64,000 bases of DNA, taken from Kudoa neothunni. Lineage: Eukaryota; Animalia; Cnidaria. The DNA is taken from NCBI GenBank assembly GCA_964304625.1, contig OZ199839.1, positions 10,400,986 to 10,464,985 of the forward strand, written 5' to 3'. Shown here piece after piece: positions 30,180-44,032 of this stretch. The notes beneath the pieces are model-generated. The model had not been told where the DNA came from, ran no database searches, and worked only from the letters and a program-made list of their open reading frames with translations. Every line of letters begins with the position of its first letter. Position 1 is the stretch's first letter. The position numbers and the translations under genes were made by a program.

Positions 30180-30555
30180 ATTCCACGCGGAGGAGTTACT
30201 GTTCCCTTTTCGGCATAGGTTTATTTTGTTAATAGTTTCTTTAAGTCCAAACGCATATCAAAGAAACAAAAATTTTGAGTTTCACACATATATAGTATTA
30301 AAGCACAAATTTATGGGCGGGAATAAATTCATGCCGCCATAATATTTCATTATTGGTACGAAATGAGTGGTTGAGTATAAACAGCACGATATTTTTTAAA
30401 CCATAAAATAGAACTTTTATTTCCTTTGTAAATTACGACTGATTGAATGTACCAAGATATGTTTTCAATTATAAACAAATCTGTTATTCGAACAAAGAAA
30501 AAAATCATATTTAATGCGTGTGCCGAAAAGGGAACAGTGACCTCACAATGGGTTA
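30180..30555. mobile_element. piggyBac-type MITE (decayed left end)
   Basis: Inverted repeat ACTGTTCCCTTTTCGGCA (~30198) and TGCCGAAAAGGGAACAGT (30521); right end ...GGG|TTAA. Confidence 0.6.
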
Positions 30556-31549
30556 AAAATAGAATGTAGCGCGCATAATATTCGTTAAAAAACCCCTGAC
30601 TAGTTCTTTAAAAGAATTTTTTTAATTTAAAAATCAATAATTAAACTTTAAATTTATCCTCTTTCTCTCATTTATTGATCTCAACATTTTATCACAGCTT
30701 CTATTTTTTTACTATAAAACCAATATAAAGTATAAAAAATCGAATAAAATGTTTATGACAGCTATCAATAATCAATATCTAGTAAATAAATTTCTGTGAA
30801 GGAAACAAAAATTCTTTTTTGAACAATTTCGAATTTAGGAATAGTACTTACATGAGGATATTAATTGCCCTGTTATACAATTAAATATAATTTGAGTAAG
30901 CCGGCATTGTGTAAGCGGGCGATGCCATTACTCCGTAGATTGCGTCCACCTAACTCCGATTCTTGCTCTATCGCATAATGCTAAAATGCATCGTTCGTGG
31001 AACTGTGCGCTGCATAGTTTCGTTCAAGTATTATTGCACTTTTTCATGCGATGAGAAATATTTATTAACATTTAAAATATTAATTGTGAAATATAATTTT
31101 ATTGAGAAATAATTAGGTTGAAAAAAACTCCTTATATATAATTATAGCAATACAGTAGCAGAAATGGTCCAGCCCCCACATCAAAATGTTTTAAATTTTT
31201 AACACGCTCGTTAATTTAGAATATACTCAAACTAAATCAAATAGATATAGAATTATTAACTCTAGAGTGTAGATGTATTTATTTGGTAAAAACAGCCATA
31301 ATTATCCTGCTCCGTGTTAAAAATATTACAAGTTTACACTAATTAAATTGAAACATATAGATTATTTATTAACAATGAGAATTTTTAATAAGATATTTAT
31401 ACTTGCAGATGTTTCTGCCTGTAATAAATTTTACTGGGTTATTTTTGTTTTTTACTAAATCTTTATATGATCATAGAGTAGCTCTTAATACCTCCTCTAG
31501 AAACAAATTTTCAAAAACCATATTTTTTACATATTTCATATTTATAAAT

Positions 31550-31990
31550 TTGTATAAATCCCAGGTATGTTTTATTAGCCTATGAAGTTCTGCCTGGTCA
31601 GGCCGGCTTCATGAACGCTGCTAGCTGTTAGCATCGTAACGAGCAATCTGTAACCTCACATCTTATATTTCTAAAATAGTTTAACCCATTAAACATCCTT
31701 GTCTTGGGGTGATAAACGTTACAAATCATATTTGCTTCATGTTAAATTATGTTGACATTGTGGGATCCACAATAATTGAGTAGTTTATAAGTCCCCCCGG
31801 ATTCAAATGTGTAATCAGATCTTTCTCATTGGATCAAAACAAAAATTACAGGTTTATCGTACTAATAATGAGTGTATATTCCAAATACAGCTTCCATTAT
31901 AGAATGAGGACGTGCAATGCAAAAGCCTCGCGTTGAACTCGCGATTATATAATTTACAGTCCAGTGGACTCACGCCTGCCCCATCGGCGC
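31550..31990 (-). mobile_element. tRNA-derived SINE (tRNA-Tyr-like head) carrying the shared 3' tail, diverged copy
   Basis: Minus-strand head ...GGACTGTAAAT...GAGTTCAA (GTA anticodon-like, B-box). The 3' part GGCCTGACCAGGCAGAACTTCATAGGCTAATAA aligns with GGCCTAACCAGCCCGAACTTCACAACCTAACAA of the 37-kb SINE. Ends are approximate. Confidence 0.55.
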
Positions 31991-32294
31991 ATCTTTGCGG
32001 AGTTGCAAGTTTAAATCAAAATTTTCCTACTCTACATCTTTATTATTTACAACTTTTAATATTGTAAGCTATTAAATATAAAGAAAAAGTTAGAACAAAT
32101 TTTTCGCCACTTCATTTGAAAATATAAGGGAATATTAAACAGTTTAGGAAGTTTTCTCTATTCGAAATATTGTTTTTTAACTCAATATTTGATATACACC
32201 TTTATAAAAGCTCGAAAGAATTCAAAAAAGATAGAAGGAGAAAAATCATCCAAAAAATAAGATATTAAGTTAGAATTGCGAACTTTGCAAGGTA

Positions 32295-33775
32295 TTAAGG
32301 AACAATGGCCTTGGCAAATGAAATGGTTAGATTTTGAAAATCGAAAATAGTGTAGTATTTTTGAATGAAGGGAATTCCAAATATCCATTTGTACTCATAA
32401 TTAAGAAAAACATTACTTGCATAAGCAAATGCACTGAAACATTTATCGTTTTTCTAATATCCATTTAATTTATAAAGCAAAGATCACATCCGTACTTCCA
32501 CAACATATTCTTTTCTCTTTAGATGAAAGTCGTTACCTTGGATGCTGATGTTAATAATGGGAAGATGATTCGTCTTGTCACAGTCAAAGGTATACGAACC
32601 GCCGGACCAATATTTTGCTCCTAATTCGAGGTTGATTAGATTGACTTCTGATGATGGGCCTTTAATCATCGATGAACTAGAGTCAATAACGATGTCACAC
32701 CCATATCTACAGAGTTGCACCTTCCCCACGCTAATACTAAATAAGTGTTATTTCAGCATCCTGAACTAACAGTTATTTGTATTCCTACTCGTCAACTTTA
32801 ACAGACCAATACATTTTGTTCACAATTGGAAATGTTAGTAGATTTCCATCGAAATAGCGACTATCTACACCACCAAATATAATCTCACCTTCGATATTAT
32901 CACTAATAACTTTTCCTCCCCTAGAAACGGTCATTAATGGAACTATTATCCGATTAAAAACTTCCTCAGATAGACAGAAAAAAAGTTTTTGGGATTTCTG
33001 GACGTTCAGAAAACAGTTTGCTGTAAAATATATCTGCTTCCGGATTAATGAATTGTTGTAAACCCAAACCCACAATTCCTTGATATTTTCTCACTACATA
33101 ACGCCCACGGAAATTCGAGGATTTCACCAAACGCAAAGTTCCGGACTGTTATTTTCTCCTACCTATATTAATAAGTATTGTCATAGATTATAAGTTGTAG
33201 TTGTACTATATTAATCATAATATAGCCATGAAAATAAACATGTAAATGTATTTTCATGGGTAATCACCTGGAAATTATCGGTTGACACGACACCGAAGAC
33301 ATCTGCCTGAGGATGATAAGAAACATATGGATACGGTGTTTGTTTGAAGGTGGAAGAGTTTTTTGGGTCAAAATCAGTAGCACATCCTGCATACCGACCA
33401 AGGCGCCGATTATTAGTTAACACCCATGTGTAGGGATAACTAGTGTCAAACAGGAATTTTAATGTTTGTGAAGGTGTGCCTAATCCTAGTTCACCGTAAT
33501 ATCCAATCTGAATTGGATAAATTTGAAAATATTATTTGTAGTTTTAATTCTCACATACCCCCATCGTAATTGTGTAATCTTACAGTTACATTTGGTACCA
33601 ATAGAATGTGCTACCTTCATTTTTGGTCGATAGTCATCATATCGAGGTATTGTTTTTAACGGTATTCTATATTTGTGGTGATATGAACTAGCTATCAAGT
33701 TAAAGTAGTTTTACCTAAAAATTTTCACCCAGCTTTGGCTGATATAAAACTTGCGACAATGAACAAGGATAGCAT
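32295..33775 (-). CDS. Secreted pepsin/cathepsin D-family (A1) aspartic protease homolog with non-canonical active-site motifs
   Basis: Signal peptide MLSLFIVASFISAKAG, propeptide 'RIPLK', 'YYGELGLGTPSQTLKFLFDTS', 'FDPKNSSTF', 'GEIIFGGVDSRYFDG', 'IVIDSSSSMIKGP', 'YTFDCDKTNHLP', 'WIFGIPFIQKYYTIFD'; stop TAA at 32295-32297. Confidence 0.92.
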
Positions 33776-36700
33776 TTTGAATAGTATAAGTGAAAATTGA
33801 TCTTATTAGTTTGCATTTAAATTTTAAATATTGTTTATTATTAAAAGCATTTGTTTGTTTTTATCACTCGAGAAATTATAACGTTAAATGTTTGAATAGC
33901 CTTGTACATATGTATATTCATTCAATGATTAGACACGATTAGAGTATTATAGTTCAATTTATAATTTAAATATGTATTTTACCTCGTTTTCAATAAAATA
34001 ATTATTCATAATAAACAATTTTGTTTTTATCATCTCATTTAAATTATAAATGGCCTTGTCAGTAATATTTCAAAATTTATTAGGGCGTAGGAATTTTAAT
34101 AATCGATTCATAGCTGGTATTGACTCATGTTTATTTTATAATACATCCGAGATGACATAAAAATTGAAAATATGATTAAATTAAACATATTTTATTAGAA
34201 CTCAATTATTTAACTACAAAATTGACGCGTTATATAGATACGCATAATGAATGCCGAGAATTGCAAGCTTAATACATAGAGATGGATCTTTTCGGTAATT
34301 TTTTGATATAATTAAGTAAGAGTAATCTCATCATATTTGTACGTTAATTCTTTCTCCAATTTTAATCTAAAATATTTATATTTTAATTTTTTGCTTTATA
34401 ATGGAGAGAAAAACGAATACGATTGACAATTTAAAACAAAATATATAGATTAAAATAATATGGGAAACAGTTTAATTTCCAGATTCTATAAGCCCAAGTT
34501 TTCTCGTCAGCATATTTTAATTTTGGATAAATTCTGATCAAAAATCCCCGATTTTACAGCCACATCTTGAAAATGTGATACAGTAACCAAATATTTTCTA
34601 GGTATAGCGAGAGAGGTGAGCTAAAAATTGATTTAGTCTTCCTTTACATTTTCCTGGTGTAACTAGTAGATATCATAACGGTTTCCGCACAATATTTCCA
34701 TGATACTAGATGGTCCCTGCCTGACGGCAGAGCTTTGATTAGTAAATATCTATCAACTTCATATATCAACGAAATTTGGGTGCAATATCAATTTTAAAAA
34801 TGAAATATTGTTCATAATAATAGATGGAAAGTATTAATTTAAAAAATATTCCATTATTTGAACTATTGTATATGAGCTAAAGTCCAATGAAAGATGTTGA
34901 AAGGTATGATTGATTAGAGATTTCTCAAGGAATGTAATCCTGAAATTATTACCAATGTAGTTTCGGAAGCGCCCAAAAAAATAAATTATGAAGCAGAATC
35001 ATACGGCCATCACATTGGACTCTATTCGGTATATGAAGAAGTATTTAAAAAAATACTCAATAAACATATCGTTAAAAAACTCATGTATTTCCTAATTAAT
35101 TCACTTTTCAGTACGAAAAGCGGTGAATGCAGAGTTTTTAAGCATCAAGAAATTCAATTTGAGGTTTCCTGTTTTGTTACCAAAAAATGGGCCTATTAGA
35201 CTTATTAATAAGAAGAATTGAGAGAAATAGCAAAAAAATGGGAAACCGGAGTCTCGAGAGTTATTGATAATCTACGGTATAGTGTACATAAATATATGTT
35301 ATCATGCGAATAAAGCTTCTTAACTATAATAGAATATCATTTAGACTTTTTTCGTGTATTAATCTAAATGATAGCGCTCAGAAAATTCTTTGCTTTCCTT
35401 AATTAGATTCTGTGATTGATAATTATAGAGTTATGAAGGAAAAAAGTGCATTTACTGATTTAAAATATTTTCACTTTGTATAAGCGATGTGCTAGCTACT
35501 TTATTTTAAAAAGTTGTCGTTACGAGTTGATATCAAAATAATAAATATAATAAAGAAAGCTGATAACATTAATTTTGATTAAAAAGTGTTAGAGCATTAT
35601 TAGCGGCGTAATAAATGCATTTTTGACTTTGCGTTGATGAACTCCTTTCGGAGATATGGTGATTATCCTCTAGAAGGGTCTTCAACAAACAATTTAATGA
35701 AGAACGACGTACATCGAATTTCTACTTAAATCAAAAAGGGCAGTCAAAAAAATCCATCATCAGCTTTAAATATATTTATTTTTTATTAAAAATATGTTAC
35801 ATAGTCTCCACATCTGAATAATTATATGTTAGTTGGGAAAGGGCGTCCCCATTTAATATGCTAAGAAAAAATCATAATCTACAATTGCATACATGTATTA
35901 TCGAGAAACACCGGAGATTGTAATCATCAAATGCTTTGGGTCTCATGATCAAAGTTTACATTAAAACTCAATGGGATATTGTACATTAAGAAACAAATTT
36001 CACGCATTTTCGTGGGCAATTAGTTTAAGAAAAAATTGACATTTAATATTTATTATGTTGCGTTAAAAAAGGCCAGTTAACTATATATTAATTTTTAAAA
36101 AAATAATTAAAACTCGAGAAACGTGTTAACAATCACAAAAATATTGTTCAACCCATCTACGGAACACTTCCTTTGTTGCTATCGGTGGAATAAGGCAATT
36201 TCTTCTACATTGTGAATAAAATTTTCAGAGTATCTTTGAAAAAAATGTTCTGATTTGTTTGGTCTACTCCGAACTAATTTCGGTGTGGCATCAACAGATT
36301 AATTAATTAAATTTGATTTTTAAATGTTGGACCTTTTTTTAAAACAGCAAAAACTCTCAAAGAATTGCACGTGAAGGTAAAACTTTTTCATTGGCTAATT
36401 GATTCCTCTTAATGATTTTCGTGACGACGCTTAGTACAATCCTTTTGTTTCGTGTCCACTCAATCCACACATATACACCATCAACAGAATTAAATTGTCC
36501 TACATGTAAATAATTTCTATTTTTTTATTCCAAAAATATTTTTTGTTTTTTTGTGGTCTGTAGGATGTCATTAAGAGTCGAGATATAAGATATTTTAAAA
36601 CGTGATATAATAGCAGTTTTTGGGTGTTTAAACTGGAGACTTTTATAATAATCAGTAATATTGACTTAACTAGATAATAAACAAGAAGCACCCGAAAAAA

Positions 36701-36972
36701 AGTGCATGAAATTGGCAAATCACCTGACTTTTGGTTACATTATTTCGCAATTTGTTAAAGTAATTTTTATATTAATTTTGATTGAAATATAAAAACCTAT
36801 ATAAACAATGAAAAAATCAATATTATAACTAAATAGGTTTTTAAAAAGTGCGTAAAATTGGTTGCTTACTGTATTATTATCGTTCACCCCCCTTGAACGA
36901 TAATAGGCGAAGATAATGGTATCTATCTATTTAAGACATTTTATCTCTTAATGTACAAGAATCATGGGTAAT

Positions 36973-37465
36973 TTTTCTTGTTTACAAGATCATACCCATG
37001 GCGCAACTTGTTAGGTTGTGAAGTTCGGGCTGGTTAGGCCTTCTTAATTTACGTTGTAGGCACCACAAAGTCATATTAAGGCGACTTACATTTATACGGT
37101 AGTGTGGGATTTTAAACCCACTAAACAATCCTTGTTTCGGAGAAACCACTACCCCAACCATGCCCAGAATTAGTCTGGGAAAGTCTTCTGAATGCGGGCG
37201 TCGGCTTTACGTAAACCCCGTACTGGGTTTTATTTCGTTCCTGTACCTGTACCTCTGCGTTTTTGAGCGTCCGAGTTATACCCCTCACGGCTGCAAAACA
37301 ATGCCACAGTAAATCGTAGATCCTTGCGATTACTACAGCCTTCCTACTTAATTTCGGATTAGGAGTACAAGAACGTCCGGACTAGGCTTTGAACTCACTC
37401 ACAACCTCCAGGTATGCGATCTCGACCTAATACCATTATACCATATTGTCCAGGCTTTTCTAGTA
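36973..37465 (-). mobile_element. tRNA-derived SINE, family A copy 1
   Basis: Minus-strand A-box TGGTATAATGG and B-box GAGTTCAAA; tail ATCTTGTAAACAAGAAAAA; perfect 10-bp TSD CATGGGTAAT (36963-36972 and 37466-37475); homologous along its length to 62109-62594. Confidence 0.9.
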
Positions 37466-39039
37466 CATGGGTAATGGTTTATGGGACAATGTAAGCATTT
37501 GATAATAATTCAGCAGCAGTAGAAAATCCCATCAGCTAATATCTATTATATTCACATAATAGGTATAACAACCAGAAGGAGTAAAAGATTTTTAACTGTT
37601 TAAAAAAAATGACCCCAGTGGGTTCCTCGCGTAAGTTTTTTTTAAGTCGGGCCATCGAGGCTTAAGCATTCTAGAGATTCACTTGAAAAATTATTTATTC
37701 GAATTTCGTTATCTTTTGTAACATTTAACTATTGGGATTGAACTCAATTCTTCGACGAGCCGATCCCAATTGTACCAAATCTTTTCACCCTCACCCGATC
37801 TCTAGAGCCATTATGGAATTTGTATCGAATTTCTCCTTGTAATGGTAACAACTCTTGATATATTTAAAAATCTTAAATCCATTATATACAAAATGTATTT
37901 TTATGGATAATGATCATTATTTTTAATATCATAAATAAAATTTTTATACATGAAATCATCGATTGTTGTTGTGTGCATTAACAAATGTACATATAGAATT
38001 ATTTTTATATTTTCATATATTGTAAAAACTTGATATTTTTAAAAAAACTTTGATTAACCTTAAAGCTGATAAATCTCTTATTTTATTTAAAATGTTAATA
38101 TTAACAATATCCATTATACGAAAAATTAAAATTTAATAGTATAAATATGTAAGATTAGATAGTAATAATTACGTGTATTGAATATTACATTTTTGAACAC
38201 GGTAATAATTACGCGAAGCGAATAAAATGATAAACAGTTTTAAAATTTAAAAATCGCTCATAAAACGTCTCAACAAATTATATCCGAAAATTCCGTTGTA
38301 AAAATTTTATCATTTGAAAAATCATGAACAATTAATAAGGTGAACTCTCAATTCTTCTTTAATTATTAAAATTTCATAATTTTTTTAGTAGTGTCAAAAA
38401 TGAATGTTTCTTCTTTAAATTACTAACAGTTGTTTAATAAGTGTTAAATATATGTTTCCTGTATATAAATTAGTGTCAAAAAAACAATTGCTATGGTTAG
38501 CAATACATTATACTCGTATATATTAATTATTTATCAAGATTTATAAAAATCGCCCACGCGAATATATATAAACACCCTAAGTCTACTGATCAATGTTTTT
38601 ACTTATTTATAATTGGTAATAAACGCTCCACGGAAATATAAATAGAATCATAACTCTATGATTTGTAATTCATTAGATTGGAACCAGTTTCCTGTCGCAA
38701 TTAATTAGATAATTATTTAGATACACTTTAATACTTCATCTATCAACAAATGTTTTAATAATACTATTTATATACTCTTAATTCTATATTATAAAAAAAT
38801 ATTACTTATTAAATTCCAACAATATTTAAATAAGTGTAATTTACTGCGACTTAAAACTAGAATAAGTTAATGCTAAAAATACAGCGGTAAAAATTAGTTT
38901 GATTTGATTATAATTAGAAAATCTTAACAAAAGCGCGAAAAATACACAATAATAATCAAAGTTAAGATTAGAAAAAAATTTAACGTACAAAAATTGATAA
39001 TAATGTTACAGTCATAGTTTCTATTAGATGCAAGCACCA

Positions 39040-42000
39040 TCAGAATGGGTGATCTCTCGAGGGGAAACATAGTGTTTCAAAATGAGCATACCAATGAAGT
39101 ACAGCCAAAGAGACTGAATTGGCAGGTTCAGATTTGTTGGAAGGATCCAGTAAAGGTCGATATTTGTATTTTTTTATCTAAAGGTAACGATAAAGTATAT
39201 CGTAAGGTAGCAACGATACAAAAACAGCACCACATTTTTTTGGAATAATACTTCGTGTTAGGGACTCCAAAAAAAATTTCTCACTACTCATTTTAATATT
39301 GAAGTCGGTTCGATTTAGTAACACAATTTTGCACTATATAAACATAAACCCATAAATTCAAGTTTGCAAGCAAGCAAGCAAGCAAACACACACACAACAC
39401 AATACCTTAGGCTTTCCAACACTGTGATGTTCAAGTAAACCATCCTCTCTAACCATCCTCTCTAAGAATAACCCGATAAGTTTTGTAAGTGGAATCCTAA
39501 ATATCGGTAGAATCTAAACATAATAACAGGTTTACGATAGAGAAGAGCGTTGACGTCAAGCGGACTGTTTTCCTTCTAACTAGCCCACTATGAACTACGG
39601 GTGAAATACTGTATTTTAGGAGTTCATTTGATTTTGAACGTCGTAGAGAATTTAAAGTGTTTGAAGGAGTGTTTGAGGGTAGATGAATAAAAATCATAAG
39701 AAACTGAACCATCGACGCCTAGACTTTCATTTCTCGTAGAACTGTTGTTATTTTGTGGGGATATTAAATTGGAATTAGAGGTCTCGCCGAGTGGTTTAAT
39801 TGTGTCAATGTTAGTTGGTTTTGTTAAATTGGAGTTATTTTTTCGCGTCACATTATTATGAGTGAAGCATGAATTACAATTGATGGAATCAGATGAAAAA
39901 ATTGGTCTCATGATTGGCATAAATTCAAATCTAATTAAAATATGTATGTATTAGAAAAATAGTTTATATATATGACGCAGTTGAAATCCGATATGACTAA
40001 TGGTACGACTGATAACACAAACGTAGACATTCAGTTTCTACACGCTACATTTTTTCAATGATTAAACTACTCAATAAACTAGTTTCATTTTTGTTAGAAT
40101 AATAAGGTTAACTCTTCTATGGTTTAGAATCACCCCACCGAATATTTCAAAATATTTCAGAATATGATGAAAAATAATTCGAGAACACTTTTCTCAAATT
40201 AAAATTTTTCAAATAAAACATAATTTAATGCATAAAGCAGAAATTTTTTCCGCATTAAAAAGACTTCCTGTTCAATCCCTTCAATGAGTTAATCGAAGGG
40301 TTCAATACTGATTTTTGACTGATTTTAAGGGATTTATCAATGCAAAAGATTCAACTGAAAAGCTCACTATAATTTTCTAATATTTTTTAATTCAAGTAAA
40401 TAATTAAGCCATTTTAATTTTAAACCAGAAAATTTCAACTATATGAATGCTTTTAGGATTTAATGAGTAAACTTTATTACGCAAAATTATAAATATATCA
40501 AAAATGCAATAATTATGACTATAAAAAGATTGGAATATTTATTGACATAGAGTTAAAATTGTCATAATCTTATGCAATAAAATAAACTTTATTTTTAAAC
40601 AGATTAAACAGTTTCGGGGTTCTAAGGCAGCGCTTCCCAATTCAAACCAGAATCGCAACTTCTTTTGATAAAAAAAACGAAATTAATTCCTTTTTAGGTG
40701 CCTTCTATACTTCTATATACGATAAGGTGCAACTAGCTCAAAACATCCGAAAATGATTAATATTATATGTAATACAGAATTAAGCAAAGAAGTTCTTTTC
40801 ATCATTCCAGTATAATTTAAGTATGTAAAAATTTGTCGAAAAAACACTATTTTTTTCTTTTGAATGTACTAATATTCAGACTCATTTCTAATTCATATAA
40901 ATACAGTAGGTAAACAATTTTTCGTGATTTGCTCGAGGTCTTTCAATAGAGTGCGAAAAATGGGATAATCATCTTTTCGTCAGAAAACCGGATAATAATG
41001 TTTTATTGACTTAGAATTTAATAAATATTACGATAAAAGGGATTTATAATGATTCTTTGAAAACGGGAACGTTTCTGAATCGTTTGTTGTAAGTTTTCCA
41101 AAAGTCTGACAAATCGGTTACCCTTGTGAATAAAAATTTAATCAATTAATTTTTTCAATAAAACACCTATCACAAAATATTTCTGCAAATTAAGATAAAA
41201 AAGAAAACTAATTAAACTAAATAAAATAATGATATATTACCGTAAATATTCGAGTATAAGTCGTATTATTTTTTCAAAAAGAAGCTTCAAAATCCGCGCA
41301 CGACTTACACAAGTGATAAAAGTTAAAAATAAGGATAGCTGGTACTAAAGTACAAAATTTTGTCTTAATAAGTTAATTATCTAACTTAACTGTAACGTTT
41401 GTGAGCATTAGATTAAACGGATGCCTGCGAGATTGCCAAAACAGATAACTTCAGGAAATTTTAAAAGAACTACATTATCTATTGTAGCTGGCTGGATGAG
41501 AGGTTCTTGGGAATCAGTCAATAAGTTCAAAAATTATTCAAAGATCGTTCAAAAAATGCGACATATCCAATTCAATGGATGGGGACGAAGATGATATATT
41601 TTGGGAGGTTGAAAAAAGAGAAATTAACGATAAAGAGGTTGATGAGATCTACGACGACTCCATAACTGCTGAGAAAGGAATATGATTACTTGAGTGGAGC
41701 GACCCTTCTAATTTAACCGACGAAAGCCATTAACATTTGAAACTTATCTTTCGAAAAATACAAGCACTATATGCACTTAAAATAAATATTTTTTCATTTT
41801 ATTTATTTCATTAATTTAAGCTAAAAAATTGAATCTGTTAAAAATTTAAAAAAATTAAAACTTGTTATCAAGGTGCAACTGATACACGAACCAATAAAAA
41901 TCATGAAAACTTGTTCCAAAACTCCCTGCGACGTACACTTGAGTATATACACGGTAATTAAGTGTTTACATCTTAAATATTGAAAAATCGATAATTTACT

Positions 42001-44032
42001 TAAAAAATTCACAATTTTTTTAAATTGTGTTACAATCTCGCACATAAATCGCATAATTCACCCCTCTAGTTGCAGAGCGTTGTCCAAAAGTTTCAAAAAA
42101 GAGTTTTATGATACTTAAATGATAAAAATATATTTCACTCGATTATAGTTAGTTAAATTAATTGTTAATACCCAAATTAGATTCAAAAGGCGATACACAT
42201 AAAATTCACTATTCATGCACACGCGTAAACAAAAATTAAGAAAAAATGGTTTATAACTAATTTTACACACTTTGTATTAATTTAAAATAAGCAACTGCTT
42301 AAAGGTAGTTATCTTTTAGTATACAATTCATATGAGATCGTTGAAATTTAATGATTTATTCATTCTATGGATAAACTAACTTTTTTATACACCCCTTAAG
42401 AAATCTGATATTGAATTTAATCGTACCAAAAGCTCCAGCCTACCTATTAACTGACCATCACATACTTGTTTCCCGCGCTAGCAGCTTTTCGGTGTTTGAA
42501 AATTTTCGATTTACTACGTTCAACGTTGGATCGGCCATTTGGGTCAGAGTTTTTATCAGGTGTGGAAGTGATTGCTTGATTGGTAAAAAGATTGCCCCTA
42601 ACTTTAAAAGAAGGACTGAACGAAGTGTTCAAATTCGATTCTATTGAACAAGCCCTCGATAGCATTGTCTAATTAAAATACAAAGATGTACTTGCAGATG
42701 GGTGGATGAGTCTCTCGTTTAGTGGTTCATATAAAAGCGATATTCTATACGAAAAAAAATAGCTCCATTTGGCTAGATGAATTAATAATCAAAATCAATA
42801 CTCGTAATACTTATCGTCAAGCAGGCTTCTTTCGGCATCGTTGTAGAAAGACTCAGTTAAAAATTTATAGATGGGATCAATTTTTTTTAAATGATCTAAA
42901 ATAGATATTGGCATCCACATTTTAATAGCAATGACAAAATAACCATATGATGACTGTTGAAACCATGAAATACGATCTAAAATCTTCTTAACTGATTCAT
43001 TCGAAGGTTTTGTTTTGTTAGATATAGAATGAGTTGTGTAGATGTGGGTAATATCGGTTAAATAAATGCCTTGATTCACAAAACTATAGACACAATCTCA
43101 CCACCAAATCAACAACTCACCCAAGTAGGGAATACATGGAAGTGATGTGTCAGCCAAATATTTCCTCAACTCATTACTACACAAACCAACAAAATCCAAC
43201 CAACCAATCACATCCATAAAATCATACAAATTGTTGGTGCATGAAAACAAAGTGACAAAATTTGAATATTGCTCCTTATATTTTTTGGATAGATTCTTAG
43301 TTGGATAGCAATAACCAAAATTAACATAATCAGCTTCAACAGAAAAATTACAGCCCATGTGGCAGCCAAACGATAAATAGGAGCCATTTGTAATGCAGAC
43401 AAAATAGCAAAAGTTGAATTGATGTTATTCAATGAGTACAATCTCTAGACAAACACAATTAAGAATGATTCCATAAAAAACCTCACATCCAACACACAAC
43501 GTGTAGTGAGGGTGTGACAATTACCGACGCAAGTTTAATGTATTTTCTCATTGCGAATGAACGATTTTTAACACTCTTCTCCTTCAATATAGTTTGAATG
43601 AGCCAATAGGACAACTTTTGAAAATAAAATGTAACAACCAAAAACAACCACATACATTATTAAATTGATGTTCGAAACGAGTTATATTTGGAGAATTAAC
43701 GTGTTTATTCCTGTTGGACCAGGAACAATTCAAAAACTCCTTCACAAAAATATTAATAGAGTACAAAATAGCAAATTACTTTTGATTCGATTTTAGAAAA
43801 TAGTTCAATATCTATTAGAGTTATTTGCTCCTATAGAATTGATTATTATATTGGAGAAAAATGCATTAGTATTGTTAAATATTTATTAGATAAATAAAGA
43901 CATATGAGAACCATTCGGATCTATTTCTGGAAATTTTTAAAAATTCATAATTATTACAGCTAGCTCATCACATGAAGTATTCATAATATCAAATGGTGGA
44001 GTTTTAAATAAATTCTCCATACTATCGCCCAT
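39040..44032 (-). CDS. RALGPS: RalGPS-type Ras-family GEF (CDC25 domain plus C-terminal PH domain); a 13-bp duplication creates a stop in a PH exon
   Basis: 'EQITLIDIELF...CSWSNRNKHVNSPNITRF', 'LNNINSTFAILSALQMAPIYRLAATW', 'PCIPYLG|IYLTD', 'HRKAASAG', PH start 'HSGLVRRKTV' and end 'LHWYAHF'. No REM domain, as in RalGPS1/2. A ~2.5 kb intron spans ~39932-42445. Confidence 0.88.
41240..41954 (+). mobile_element. Internally deleted pogo/Tc2-like transposon in a RalGPS intron
   Basis: TA-flanked imperfect TIRs CCGTAAATATTCGAGTATAAGTCG and CGACGTACACTTGAGTATATACACGG; C-terminal transposase remnant 'WMRGSWESV...IIQRSFKKCDISNSMDGDEDDIFWE'. Confidence 0.85.
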
